Shown here: piece by piece, positions 1-16,128 of the stretch
Position numbering within the stretch: position 1 is the first letter of the stretch
Layout of the letters: the number at the start of each line of letters is the position of its first letter
Origin: Nitrospinota bacterium
GTDB taxonomy: Bacteria; Nitrospinota_A; UBA7883; JACRLM01
DNA length: 64,000 bases
Assembly (NCBI GenBank): GCA_016235255.1
Contig: JACRLM010000066.1
Coordinates: forward strand, 4,179-68,178
Reading direction: 5' to 3'
Notes under the pieces: generated by a model
Databases searched by the model: none
What the model was told of the DNA's origin: nothing
The model's input: the letters and a program-made list of their open reading frames with translations, nothing else
Program-made: the position numbers and the translations under genes

Positions 1-3429
<3,429 letters not shown>

Positions 3430-3432
3430 GGG

Positions 3433-3455
3433 CGGGCCTTTGGCCCGTTCTTTAT
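3433..3455 (+). terminator. Weak hairpin plus T-tract in the rpoB-rpoC spacer (possible attenuator, not a full stop)
   Basis: cgggcc-ttt-ggcccg (6-bp GC stem, 3433..3447) followed by ttctttat. It lies 4 nt after the rpoB stop and 54 nt before the rpoC ATG. Confidence 0.25.
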
Positions 3456-3508
3456 CCGGCGGATCAGGATTGTTACAGAGAGCTTAAGAAACTTACAGCT
3501 TAGGAGAT

Positions 3509-7675
<4,167 letters not shown>

Positions 7676-7710
7676 ACTTTGTAAAGTCCAGGTTCGATTT
7701 ATGCTAAAAA

Positions 7711-7744
7711 GGCCGGTGAGCAAGTAGCCACCGGCCTTTCTTTT
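7711..7744 (+). terminator. Rho-independent terminator after rpoC
   Basis: ggccggtg (7711..7718) pairs with caccggcc (7729..7736) around a 10-nt loop and is followed by tttctttt. An A-run precedes the stem, so it could act bidirectionally. Confidence 0.6.
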
Positions 7745-7771
7745 GGATTCGATCAGGCCACAGCGAGGCAT

Positions 7772-9565
7772 ATGGCGCGATTTGGGTGGATACAATCCAG
7801 GCTCGGTAAGGCGATGGAAGACGCCTTCATCAAAAAGCCGCAACATGAGCACACCGCGTTCCTAATCACCGCCGGAATCCTGGGGGCGGCCTGCGGCGCC
7901 ACGGCGGTGCTGTTCGAGAGGATGATCGCCGAGTTCCGCTTCCTTTTTTTCGACGCCTCAGCCGCCCTGTTCACCGCCGATTCTTCGGTGTACCGCTACG
8001 CCGTCATCCCGCTGATACCCGCATTGGGCGGCCTTATCGTGGGGCTTATGACCTGGTGGTTCAAAATGGGGAACGAGACCGCATCCGCCGCCGAAGTAAT
8101 GAAATGGGCGGCGGTGGACGGAGGGGTGGTCCGGCCCAGGACGGTGTGGTTCCGTACGCTTGCCACCTCCATATTCCTGGGCTCCGGAGGCTCCGGCGGA
8201 AGGGAAGGGCCAATCGCCCAGATCGCCGGCGCGTTGGGATCGGTGTTCGGCCAGGTGTTGCATGCGTCCACGGAGAGGCTGCGGGTGCTGGTGGGATGCG
8301 GGGCGGCGGCCGGCATAGCCGCTTCGTTCAATGCCCCCATAGCGGGCGTGATCTTCACCGTGGAGATCGTGCTGGGGGATTTTAACGTGGTCTCTTTCCT
8401 CCCCATAGTCATTAGCTCCGTGATGGCCACCACCACAAAGCACCTTCTGCTTGGGGGGGACATCCCCACATTCACCGCCCCCGCATACTCGCTGGTGTCG
8501 CCGTGGGAGATATTCCTTTATTTCCTGCTGGGCATTTTCTGCGGGCTTGCGGCAAGGCTGTATTTTGTCACCACATTCGCCGTGGAGGGCTTTTTCAAGA
8601 CGAGGGTGAAGACCCATCCGGTATTCAAGCCGGCCATCGGCGGCTTTATCGTGGGGCTTATCGGCATATTCCTCCCCGAAGTGTTCGGCAACGGCTACCA
8701 TGTGATAGACCAGATGCTGTACGGCAAGATGGCGATGAATCTGGCGCTGGTCCTTGTCTTCGCGAAGATCATCGCCACAGCCATTTCATTGGGCTCGGGG
8801 GGCTCTGGCGGCATATTCGCCCCGTCGCTGTTTATTGGCTGCATGACCGGCGGCGCCTTCGGCTATGTGGTGAACACCCTGGCGCCCGGTTCGGTGGCCT
8901 CCCCCGGCGCGTATGCCATGGTTGGCCTTGGCGCGGTGATGGCCGCGGTGGCCCACGCCCCCCTCACCAACATTTTGATGGGATACGAGCTTACCGGCAA
9001 CTACCAGATCATCCTCCCTGTCATGACGTCGTGCATAATGGCCACTTTTGTGATGACCCGTTTTTCGGGAGAATCTTATTACACCGAAAAACTCAAACGG
9101 CGCGGAATCATGCTCTGGCGCGGGCGGGACCTGACGGTGATGGACCGCATCCGGGTGGGGGAGGTGATGACCGAAGGGGTGACTGCGGTGCCGGAAAACC
9201 TTCCGTTCAGGAAAATTATGGAGCTTATCACCACATCGCGGGACAGCTATTTCCCGGTGATCAACCCCTCGGGAGAACTTTCCGGCATCATATCCGTCCA
9301 GAACATACGGGGCATCCTGCTGGACTCGGCGGAGCTTGCGGACCTTGTCGTCGCCAAGGAAATCGCCACGGCAAACGTCATCACTGTCACCGTGGACAAC
9401 AATCTCAACGAGGCCATGGAGCGGTTCGCGCTAAAGGACATAGAGCAGCTCCCGGTCGTGCGCCCAAACGAGCCGAAAAAGGTGATAGGGATGCTTCGCC
9501 GGGTGGACATCATGGCCGCGTACAAAAAAGAGGTGCTGAAAAAATCACAGGTGGAGGAGGTATAA
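7772..9565 (+). CDS. ClC-family voltage-gated chloride channel / H+-Cl- antiporter with a C-terminal CBS pair
   Basis: ClC selectivity-filter motifs GSGGSGGREGP, GVIFTVE and GGIFAPSLFIG in a polytopic N-terminal part. Two CBS-like repeats lie at the C-terminus (VGEVMTEGVTAVPEN...FPVINPSGELSGIIS; ANVITVTVDNNLNEAMERFALKDIEQLPVV). Confidence 0.9.
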   Translation: MARFGWIQSRLGKAMEDAFIKKPQHEHTAFLITAGILGAACGATAVLFERMIAEFRFLFFDASAALFTADSSVYRYAVIPLIPALGGLIVGLMTWWFKMGNETASAAEVMKWAAVDGGVVRPRTVWFRTLATSIFLGSGGSGGREGPIAQIAGALGSVFGQVLHASTERLRVLVGCGAAAGIAASFNAPIAGVIFTVEIVLGDFNVVSFLPIVISSVMATTTKHLLLGGDIPTFTAPAYSLVSPWEIFLYFLLGIFCGLAARLYFVTTFAVEGFFKTRVKTHPVFKPAIGGFIVGLIGIFLPEVFGNGYHVIDQMLYGKMAMNLALVLVFAKIIATAISLGSGGSGGIFAPSLFIGCMTGGAFGYVVNTLAPGSVASPGAYAMVGLGAVMAAVAHAPLTNILMGYELTGNYQIILPVMTSCIMATFVMTRFSGESYYTEKLKRRGIMLWRGRDLTVMDRIRVGEVMTEGVTAVPENLPFRKIMELITTSRDSYFPVINPSGELSGIISVQNIRGILLDSAELADLVVAKEIATANVITVTVDNNLNEAMERFALKDIEQLPVVRPNEPKKVIGMLRRVDIMAAYKKEVLKKSQVEEV

Positions 9566-9570
9566 GAACA

Positions 9571-10095
9571 ATGACCGCCGCTTCTTTCCAGAAAGTTGTG
9601 TCATCCATTCCAGCCGCGCTCGCGCTTGTGGCCGCGCTTGCCCATGTGTCCTTCGCGCATGGCGGCAAACAGCACGATGAAGAAAAGAAAACGCCCGCCC
9701 CGGCCCAAAGCGTCAAGGCAGATGACACGCTAACGCAAATCAGTGAACGTTATGTGAAGGAGGTTTTGCCGGTCTTCAAGCGCGCCTGTTTTAACTGCCA
9801 CTCGTCGCAGCCGGTGTTCCCGTGGTATTACGCCATCCCCGGCGTTAAGCAGCTTATCAACCATGATATCCGCGAAGCCCGGGAGCATATGGACATGACG
9901 GCCGGTTTCCCTTTCAAGGGGCATGGCAAACCGAAAGAGGATCTGGCGGCGATAATTAAATCGATGGAAAAAGGGACCATGCCGCCGTTGCGCTACCGGA
10001 TATTGCACGGCAATGAAGCCCTAAGCCAGGCCGAAAGGGAAATCATAAAAAAATGGGCCGCCGACGGGCTGGCGCTTATGGAGCGGAAACGTTAA
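9571..10095 (+). CDS. Small secreted haem-binding-domain protein (CxxCH; Haem_bd/PF14376-like)
   Basis: The real start is the ATG at 9571, inside the listed ORF 8503..10095. It has a signal-peptide-like MTAASFQKVVSSIPAALALVAALAHVSFA, the c-type haem motif CFNCH followed by PVFPWYYAIPGVKQLINHDIREAREHMD, and GTMPPLRYRILHGNEALSQAEREIIKKWA. It starts 5 nt after the ClC stop. Confidence 0.65.
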   Translation: MTAASFQKVVSSIPAALALVAALAHVSFAHGGKQHDEEKKTPAPAQSVKADDTLTQISERYVKEVLPVFKRACFNCHSSQPVFPWYYAIPGVKQLINHDIREAREHMDMTAGFPFKGHGKPKEDLAAIIKSMEKGTMPPLRYRILHGNEALSQAEREIIKKWAADGLALMERKR

Positions 10096-11081
10096 CCTTT
10101 GTTAAGGACTTTTCCGGCGGCGCCGTAAACTTCGTCCACCGTCACCGACGCCATGCACCTGTGGTCCTCCGGGCAGACTCTCTCCCAGCAAGGGGCGCAA
10201 TCGGCCTTGTGATAAATCACGGTCACGTTATCGCCCAGCGGCATGGTCTCCTCCGGCGATGTGGGGCCGAATATGGCCACCACGGGGACTCCGAGGGCGG
10301 AGGCAAGATGCATCGGCCCGGTGTCGTTTGTGATGTACAGCGACAGGCGGGACAGCGCCGCCGCCAGCGTGGCGAGCCCCGTCCTTCCCACGAGGGATAA
10401 CGGGCGGGATTTTGCGTGGGCTTTTGTCCGCGCTTCCAACTCCTTGTCCGATGCGGCCCCTATCAATACCACGTCCGCCTGCCCGGATAGCCGGTCGATC
10501 AGCTCCGCGAATTTTTCAGCCGGCCACATTTTCGCCGAGCCGTAACTTGCGCCGAATCCTATCCCCACCAGAGGCTTTCCGGAAACCGGCAATAGCGAGG
10601 CCGCTTCATCATTTGCTTTGTCTGGAATCACAAGTTTTGCCGGGATAGCTTCCACTTTGGGGAAAAATGCTTTGACCAGGTTGGCGTAATAATCCTGCTG
10701 GTGGAGCGAATGTTTTGGCGGGCGCGGGGCGGCGTGGGTGAGGAGGATGGAGCGCAATTCACCCGCATACCCTATCCTCCGGGGTGAGCCCATCATCATG
10801 GAGCGCCAGGCGGAGTTGAACGAGTTTGGCAGTATAAGCGCCGTGTCATACCTCCCATTCCTTATTCCCCCAATCGCGCTTAAGTCATCCGATGGGTGCG
10901 TGGCGGCCACATCAGGCAGGAGCGAACCTAACTCCATGAATGCGGACTTCACCGCGATGGACATGGAAAGTTCCGGGAACGCTTTTTTCATTCCGTACAG
11001 GGCGGGCAGCGCCATGACGCAATCTCCCAGCCAGTTTGGCATCACCGCCAGCAGTTTTCGGGGTGCGGCCATGTCAGCCAT
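10092..11081 (-). CDS. waaF: ADP-heptose:LPS heptosyltransferase (GT9), RfaF/WaaF-like
   Basis: LLAVMPNWLGDCVMALPAL, ILPNSFNSAWRSMMMGSPRRIGYAGELRSILL (compare E. coli RfaF VLPNSFKSAL...RTGWRGEMRYGLL), and ITNDTGPMHLASALGVPVVAIFGPTSP. Its stop overlaps the convergent haem-protein stop in a shared TTAA (10092..10095). Confidence 0.8.
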   Translation of the reverse strand: MADMAAPRKLLAVMPNWLGDCVMALPALYGMKKAFPELSMSIAVKSAFMELGSLLPDVAATHPSDDLSAIGGIRNGRYDTALILPNSFNSAWRSMMMGSPRRIGYAGELRSILLTHAAPRPPKHSLHQQDYYANLVKAFFPKVEAIPAKLVIPDKANDEAASLLPVSGKPLVGIGFGASYGSAKMWPAEKFAELIDRLSGQADVVLIGAASDKELEARTKAHAKSRPLSLVGRTGLATLAAALSRLSLYITNDTGPMHLASALGVPVVAIFGPTSPEETMPLGDNVTVIYHKADCAPCWERVCPEDHRCMASVTVDEVYGAAGKVLNKG

Positions 11082-12069
11082 TTGCGGCTGTCCCCATGCC
11101 GGTCTTATTTGTGGCGGAGCGGATTATCTCCATGTCGCGCTCAATTTCCTCAAGGTCGGCCACGCCGGGCCTGGTCTTCCAGCGTTTGTGTATCCATAGC
11201 CATTGCTCCGGCGCCTGGCGGATCGCCTCTTCCAATGTCCCGCTTATCCTTGTCATTGCAAGGCGGATGTCCGCGGACCTGTCTCCGGTGACGTTCAACT
11301 CCACCGGGGGATGTATCCTCACCGTGTATGTGTCCGCCGCGTCGTCCCGCGCGCAAAAGACCGGAAGCACCGGAGCCCCGGTCCGCATCCCCATCACCGC
11401 GGGAGTCATGAAAGTGGCGGCGGCCTTGCCGAAGAACGGGACGAAGATGTTGTTGAACCCCGCGTTCTGGTCTATGGCGATTGTCACCACATGGCCGGCC
11501 CGAAGGTGGCGCAGGATTTCCCCGGCGGAGTTTTCCTTTTTTATCACGCCAAGCCCCGTGGCGCACCGGTCGCGGTCTATCAGCCTGTCGAGCATGGGAT
11601 TGTCCACGGTGCGGATCACCGACCACACAGGATATCCCATCACCGCCAATGCGCCGTTGGCCAATTCAAAATGGCCGAAATGCCCCGTGGCCAGGATCAC
11701 ACCTTTTCCCCTGGCGAACGCGTTGGTGAAATTCTCCAGCCCCTCGAACTTCACCAGCTTTGCAAGGCCCCCCCTGTCGAGCAGCGCAAACCGCCCCATC
11801 TCCAGAAGGAACCTTCCGAAATGGCGGAACACGCGGCGGAGAATATTTTCCAGTTCCCAGCGAGGCGCGTCCGGCCACAGGTTGCGGAGGTTTTCGATGG
11901 ACGCATCAATCCTGTTGCGCGAAAGTTTTGTGATTTGCCACCCAAGCCAGCCCACCGCCGAACCGATGGCCAGCGCGGTCTTTCTGGATGCCGCGCGCGA
12001 CAGGAAACTTAGCCCACGGACGAGTTGGTACGCCACAAAGTCCAGGGCGGCGTTCCTTTTTCGGCTCAC
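11074..12069 (-). CDS. Lipid A biosynthesis (Kdo)2-lipid IVA acyltransferase family protein (LpxL/HtrB-like)
   Basis: HX4E acyltransferase motif in ATGHFGHFELANG and a family-typical C-terminus PEQWLWIHKRWK. The listed ORF runs to 12162 but would overlap hisH by 89 nt. A GTG at 12069, 4 nt after the hisH stop, is the more likely start. The 3' end overlaps the waaF start by 8 nt. Confidence 0.7.
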   Translation of the reverse strand: MSRKRNAALDFVAYQLVRGLSFLSRAASRKTALAIGSAVGWLGWQITKLSRNRIDASIENLRNLWPDAPRWELENILRRVFRHFGRFLLEMGRFALLDRGGLAKLVKFEGLENFTNAFARGKGVILATGHFGHFELANGALAVMGYPVWSVIRTVDNPMLDRLIDRDRCATGLGVIKKENSAGEILRHLRAGHVVTIAIDQNAGFNNIFVPFFGKAAATFMTPAVMGMRTGAPVLPVFCARDDAADTYTVRIHPPVELNVTGDRSADIRLAMTRISGTLEEAIRQAPEQWLWIHKRWKTRPGVADLEEIERDMEIIRSATNKTGMGTAANG

Positions 12070-12073
12070 GGCG

Positions 12074-12694
12074 TCATCCCCCGGCAAGCTTTGTGAAATT
12101 GCGCAGCAGCGCAAGCCCGGCATTCTGGCTTTTCTCCGGGTGGAACTGGGTGGCGAAAACATTCCCGCTTTCTATGGATGATGCGAACGTCTCGCCATAC
12201 TCCGTCATCCCGGTCACGATGCCATCTTCCGGCACGGGGTAATATGAATGGACGAAGTAAAAATCGGTCCCGTCCGCGATCCCCTCGAAAAGTTTTCCTT
12301 TGTTGCGGAAGTTCACCTGGTTCCACCCCATGTGCGGGATTTTATGGCCGGGCGAAGGCTTAAAGCCGAACCTCACGCACCTGCCCCGGAATATCCCAAG
12401 CCCCTTGCACGAGCCGAATTCCTCGCTCTGCTCGAAAAGCATCTGGTAACCGACGCATATGCCAAGGAACGGCCTGCCGGAGGCGATGAAGTCCTTCACC
12501 GGTCCCGTCAACCCGTACTTTTCCAGGTTTCCCATGCACTCGGCGAAGGCGCCCACCCCGGGCAAAACAAGGGCCGTTGCGTCCTTGATGCCGGCTGGCG
12601 ACCGGGATACGACGGCGGAAGCGCCCACCCGCTCGAAAGCTTTCTGGACGCTCCGCAGGTTCCCAACGTCGTAATCGGCGATGACTATCGGCAT
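12074..12694 (-). CDS. hisH: Imidazole glycerol phosphate synthase, glutamine amidotransferase subunit
   Basis: 206 aa. MPIVIADYDVGNLRSVQKAFERVG, the class I GATase nucleophile context PFLGICVGYQMLF, and the C-terminal FATQFHPEKS. Confidence 0.95.
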   Translation of the reverse strand: MPIVIADYDVGNLRSVQKAFERVGASAVVSRSPAGIKDATALVLPGVGAFAECMGNLEKYGLTGPVKDFIASGRPFLGICVGYQMLFEQSEEFGSCKGLGIFRGRCVRFGFKPSPGHKIPHMGWNQVNFRNKGKLFEGIADGTDFYFVHSYYPVPEDGIVTGMTEYGETFASSIESGNVFATQFHPEKSQNAGLALLRNFTKLAGG

Positions 12695-12733
12695 ATTGTG
12701 CGCATTATTGGAAAAACGGCGCCGCCCGGCGGG

Positions 12734-13324
12734 CTACAGCGCGCCTTTTGTGGAGGGGATGGCCCCTTCAAGCCGGCTGTCCAGCCGCACGGCCTGGCCC
12801 AGCGCCCGCGCGATGGCCTTGAACATCGCTTCTACTATGTGATGCAGGTTCGTCCCCCTCCGCGCGTCCACGTGCATGGTCAGCCCCGCGCTGTTCACCA
12901 GCGCCCGGACGAATTCCTCGGCCAGCTCAGCGTCAAACTCGCCTACCTTGCCTTTAGGTATGCTCGCCTCGAACACGCAATAGGGGCGCCCCGAAACGTC
13001 CAGGCTCACCTCCACCAGCGATTCGTTCATCGGTATGGAGGCGAACCCATATCGGGTCATCCCTCGCTTGTCCCCCCAGGCCTGCGAAAGGGCCTGCCCC
13101 AGGGTGATGCCGATGTCCTCCACCGTGTGATGCCCGTCTATGTGCAGGTCTCCTTTCGCCTCCACCTTCATGTCTATGAGAGAGTGGCGCGAAAGATGGT
13201 CGAGCATGTGATCCAAAAAGGGCACGCCCGTGTTGATCGCCGACGTCCCGGCTCCGTCCAGGTCCAACTGGATGGATATGTCGGTCTCGTTTGTCTTCCT
13301 TTTAACCGATGCGGTCCGGCTCAT
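12734..13324 (-). CDS. hisB: Imidazoleglycerol-phosphate dehydratase
   Basis: 196 aa. RKTNETDISIQLDLDG, GVPFLDHMLDHLSRHSLIDM, DLHIDGHHTVEDIGITLGQA, GTNLHHIVEAMFKAIARAL. Confidence 0.95.
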   Translation of the reverse strand: MSRTASVKRKTNETDISIQLDLDGAGTSAINTGVPFLDHMLDHLSRHSLIDMKVEAKGDLHIDGHHTVEDIGITLGQALSQAWGDKRGMTRYGFASIPMNESLVEVSLDVSGRPYCVFEASIPKGKVGEFDAELAEEFVRALVNSAGLTMHVDARRGTNLHHIVEAMFKAIARALGQAVRLDSRLEGAIPSTKGAL

Positions 13325-13420
13325 TTTACCCTGCCAATTATTTACGTAAACTATATTAATAACACGTTATCACCGCATTGACAAACCCACACGCAACGCG
13401 TGCAAAAGGATGGCGTGGAC

Positions 13421-13550
13421 TTCCTTTTCTTTGGAAAGAAAAGGAAGCGAAAAGAAACTTTATCTGCGCCGCCTGGGGGGGATGGAATCCCCCACAAGAC
13501 GGCGCACACGGTTTTCTTTTGGTTCTTTTCTTTTTCCCAAAAGAAAAGAA
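13421..13550. repeat. Composite palindromic element in the hisB/sspB divergent intergenic region
   Basis: A perfect 12-bp-arm homopyrimidine/homopurine hairpin ttccttttcttt-gg-aaagaaaaggaa lies at 13421..13446. A second is ttcttttctttt-tccc-aaaagaaaagaa at 13523..13550. Between them is a GC hairpin gggggat-gga-atccccc nested in gcgccg...cggcgc (13466..13505). Confidence 0.6.
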
Positions 13551-13627
13551 CGCCCCCGGCCCTCTTTTACGCATTGAATTATGGGGTGGAGGGTGGGATA
13601 ATGCCGGAATTTTAACGGTGATCCAAA

Positions 13628-14005
13628 TTGAGCAAGCTACCTGTTTTCGACTGGTTCTATCAGAAGGGCGACGTATTGATCACCGTTGACACGCGTTCGG
13701 CCGACGTGGCCGTGCCTGCGCACTTAAAAGACCGTGAATCGGTGGATTTCATCCTTGGCCAGGTTCCCACGCCCAAGCTCACCTGCGGCGGCAATGGTAT
13801 ATACTCCCCTATGCGATTCGGCGGCGCCATGTTCGACTGTTTTTTCCCGTGGGAATCCATCGTCCGCATCAGCGGGCACGACGCGGTGATCCAGTTCAAG
13901 ATAAACACCGCCGCCCCCGGCCCCGTAGCCGCCGACGCCACGCAGGGCGTTGCCGGGGAAGTCCCCAGGAAAAAGGGAAGGCCGAACTTGCGGGTGGTCA
14001 AATAG
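13628..14005 (+). CDS. sspB: SspB-like ClpXP adaptor (stringent starvation protein B family)
   Basis: 125 aa with a TTG start. The body follows the SspB pattern (VLITVDTRSADVAVPAHL...ILGQ...MRFGGAMFDCFFPWESIVRI, compare E. coli VVDVTLPGVQVPMEY...ARFGGIPRQVSVPLAAVLAIY). The C-terminus RPNLRVVK matches the E. coli SspB ClpX-binding tail RPALRVVK. Confidence 0.6.
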   Translation: MSKLPVFDWFYQKGDVLITVDTRSADVAVPAHLKDRESVDFILGQVPTPKLTCGGNGIYSPMRFGGAMFDCFFPWESIVRISGHDAVIQFKINTAAPGPVAADATQGVAGEVPRKKGRPNLRVVK

Positions 14006-14013
14006 CGGGTTTG

Positions 14014-15810
14014 CTATCTCCCTGAAACGGACTCCATCCTTTTCACAAACAGCTCCGCCTCTTCAAAACCTGTGAGCCGAAGTTCCGGTTTCTCGGCGCC
14101 GGATGAGTCTATAAATACGATGGTGGGGACACCGGCCACGTTATATCGCTTTTTCAATTCATCCATGCGCACGTCGCCGCCATGGGTGACGTCCGCCTTG
14201 AGCATTATGAAACCGGAAGAAAGCTCAATCACCCGCTTGTCCGTGAATGTGAAACGGTCCAGCTCCTTGCAGGGGAGGCACCACTCCGCGGAGAAGTCCA
14301 CTATCACAGGTTTCCCGGCTGCGGCGGCGATGGCCTCGCTGGAAGCGGCGCGCCAATCAATGGCCGGGCCGGAGGTTGATTTTGCCGGATATGCGATATA
14401 GCCCCCCATCGCAATCAGGGCAACGCCCAGAGTCCATTTTGCTGTTTTAAGGCCAGCCCCGCCGGCCTTGACAGAGGATATCCACCCCAGGAAAACGCCG
14501 GTGCCGATGATGAACACGCCGATGGCGGGTTTGTACAAGGTTTTAGGGATAAGCGGTTCCAGGAAATAAATGGCCATGCCCAGCATGATAAATCCGAACA
14601 CCTGCTTCACCCACACCATCCACACGCCGGAACGCGGCAGGGACGATAGTCCGCCGGAGAACAGCGCCAGCGCCACGAACGGCAAGCCCAGCCCCAGCGA
14701 CAGCGCGAAGAACATGGTGAATCCCAATACAGGATCACCTTTTTCCCCCACGAACGTCAGAAGCCCCAGCACGAAAGGCCCGATGCACGGGGCGGCGATT
14801 ATTCCCACCGTAAGCCCCATCATGAACGTCCCGCCAAGCCCCTCGCGGTTCTTCCCCCCCATGTCCATAAGGAAGGAAGGCATCCTTATCTCGTAAAAAC
14901 CGAACATGGCGAAGGCCAGCCCCGCCATGACCCCGGCGATTAACAGCACCACGGCCCAATGCTGCAGGGCCCCGCCGAACAGGCCGCCTGTGAGCGCCGC
15001 GAACAGCCCAAGGGACGAATACATGGCCGACATGCCCAGAAGGTAGAGCAGCGCATGGACGAACAGTTTCCCTTTTTTCTTTTCGCTCTGCCCGCCGAAA
15101 TAGGAGACCGTCACCGGGATGAGCGGATACACGCACGGCGTAAGGTTTAGCGCCAGCCCGCCGATGAACACGAAAAGGTAAGTGAGCGCCAGCCCGTGCT
15201 TTGCAAGATAGTCCTCGATCTGGTTCTTTGATCCTGTGGAGGCTCCATCCCCGGCGGATTGCTTAAAAAGCCCTTCGTTGGCGCTATATATATCCTCATT
15301 TAATGGCGCTCCCTGTTTGCCCGGTTCGGAGACTTTCAGCGGAACGGAGATTTGCACGTTGGAAGGCGCCAGGCAAGACTTGTCGTTGCACGCCTGGATC
15401 GTAAGCGTGGCGCGGACGGAATGTTCCCCGGCGGGAGCGTCCTGCGCGATCGCAAGGCTCGATCCGATATAAGTGTCCCCCTCGTAAACGGAAAGAGGCT
15501 CCGGTGAAAAGGAGAATTTGGCCATCTTCCCGGAGGGGTATATCACCCTGCCGGGGCTTATCTTGTCCGTCCCGGCCAAGGCGATGACAGTGGGGACCAA
15601 CCCTTCCATCGAAGGAGTATGCGACTGGCCGTGCCAACCCTCCTTGAAACGCAGCCGGAACAGGACGGGGAAAGAAGAGCCCCGCTCGTGGCTTTCGCGC
15701 GCGGGGACGTATGAGAACTCCACCACGCTTTTGCTCGGCACAAGCTGCGCCCAACCGGCCTGGGCGGCCAGCGCAACGGCGAAGAGCGCCAGAAGAAACC
15801 TTTTCATCAT
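14014..15810 (-). CDS. dsbD: Thiol:disulfide interchange protein DsbD (alpha domain, CcdA-type membrane core, thioredoxin domain)
   Basis: The likely start is MMKRFLLALFAVALAAQAGWA at 15810; the listed ORF extends to 16149 with no supporting signal. The N-terminal domain has IQACNDKSCLAP, the membrane core has LTPCVYPLIP and AAPCIGPF, and the C-terminal thioredoxin fold has AEWCLPCKE. Confidence 0.9.
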   Translation of the reverse strand: MMKRFLLALFAVALAAQAGWAQLVPSKSVVEFSYVPARESHERGSSFPVLFRLRFKEGWHGQSHTPSMEGLVPTVIALAGTDKISPGRVIYPSGKMAKFSFSPEPLSVYEGDTYIGSSLAIAQDAPAGEHSVRATLTIQACNDKSCLAPSNVQISVPLKVSEPGKQGAPLNEDIYSANEGLFKQSAGDGASTGSKNQIEDYLAKHGLALTYLFVFIGGLALNLTPCVYPLIPVTVSYFGGQSEKKKGKLFVHALLYLLGMSAMYSSLGLFAALTGGLFGGALQHWAVVLLIAGVMAGLAFAMFGFYEIRMPSFLMDMGGKNREGLGGTFMMGLTVGIIAAPCIGPFVLGLLTFVGEKGDPVLGFTMFFALSLGLGLPFVALALFSGGLSSLPRSGVWMVWVKQVFGFIMLGMAIYFLEPLIPKTLYKPAIGVFIIGTGVFLGWISSVKAGGAGLKTAKWTLGVALIAMGGYIAYPAKSTSGPAIDWRAASSEAIAAAAGKPVIVDFSAEWCLPCKELDRFTFTDKRVIELSSGFIMLKADVTHGGDVRMDELKKRYNVAGVPTIVFIDSSGAEKPELRLTGFEEAELFVKRMESVSGR

Positions 15811-15875
15811 GCTTCCGGAATTAAAAAAACAATTATCCCATGTGAAACGGCGTACCGCAAAAATAAGAGGGGCGG

Positions 15876-16051
15876 GGCGCCGCTTTTGTAGCGCCGGCAT
15901 CTTGCCGGCAATTGCCACCGGGACGGTGGCGTTACACAGGAAAGTCCGTGGCGACCGCCCTTGCGGGCTACAACACCCCGGACAGCGATTCGTTCCCCTT
16001 GGGAGCGGTATTACGCTCACCGGGCAACTTGGCTCAAACACACCCAGCCAA
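15876..16051. repeat. Cluster of short GC hairpins in the dsbD/GT2 divergent intergenic region (REP-like element or structured RNA)
   Basis: ggcgc...gcgcc (15876..15895), gccggca-tct-tgccggc (15893..15909), gccaccg-gga-cggtggc (15914..15930), gccc-ttgc-gggc (15957..15968), gagcg-gtatta-cgctc (16003..16018), ttggct...agccaa (16029..16051). Only one copy lies in the window, so repetitiveness cannot be shown. Confidence 0.35.
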
Positions 16052-16128
16052 CGATTAAGCTGATATAATGCCCGCCAAGGCCGATCTTGATTGGTAGATA
16101 AAAACATAAATATTTCGAATCCGGCTAT

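Noticed and set aside
8503-9570. The upstream 356 codons of the listed 530-aa ORF 8503..10095.
   Set aside because: This part is out of frame inside the ClC channel gene and reads as Arg/Gly/His-rich noise. Only the portion from the ATG at 9571 (signal peptide plus CxxCH domain) looks like a real protein.
12070-12162. N-terminal extension of the LpxL-like ORF (start at 12162 or 12123).
   Set aside because: It would overlap the 3' end of hisH by up to 89 nt, and the extra residues (MFSPPSSTRRKARMPGLRCCAISQ) look non-native. A GTG 4 nt after the hisH stop fits operon geometry better. The start remains unverified.
13356-13689. Small ORFs in the hisB/sspB spacer (13356..13574 minus, 13378..13689 plus, 13400..13615 plus).
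   Set aside because: Their K/F/E-rich sequences are direct read-outs of the homopurine/homopyrimidine hairpins. There is no start context and no recognisable family.
15939-15947. A possible RNase P RNA (rnpB). GGAAAGTCC matches the universal CR-I/P4 sequence, and gagcggtattacgctcacc loosely resembles GGUAAGAGCGCACC.
   Set aside because: I could not find the other universal blocks (the ACAGAAnCCGGCUUA-type 3' P4 strand, the AGGGUGAAA / GUAACAG elements) or a P1 closing helix. The spacer of 318 nt is too short for a type A RNA. A cmscan with RF00010 would settle it.
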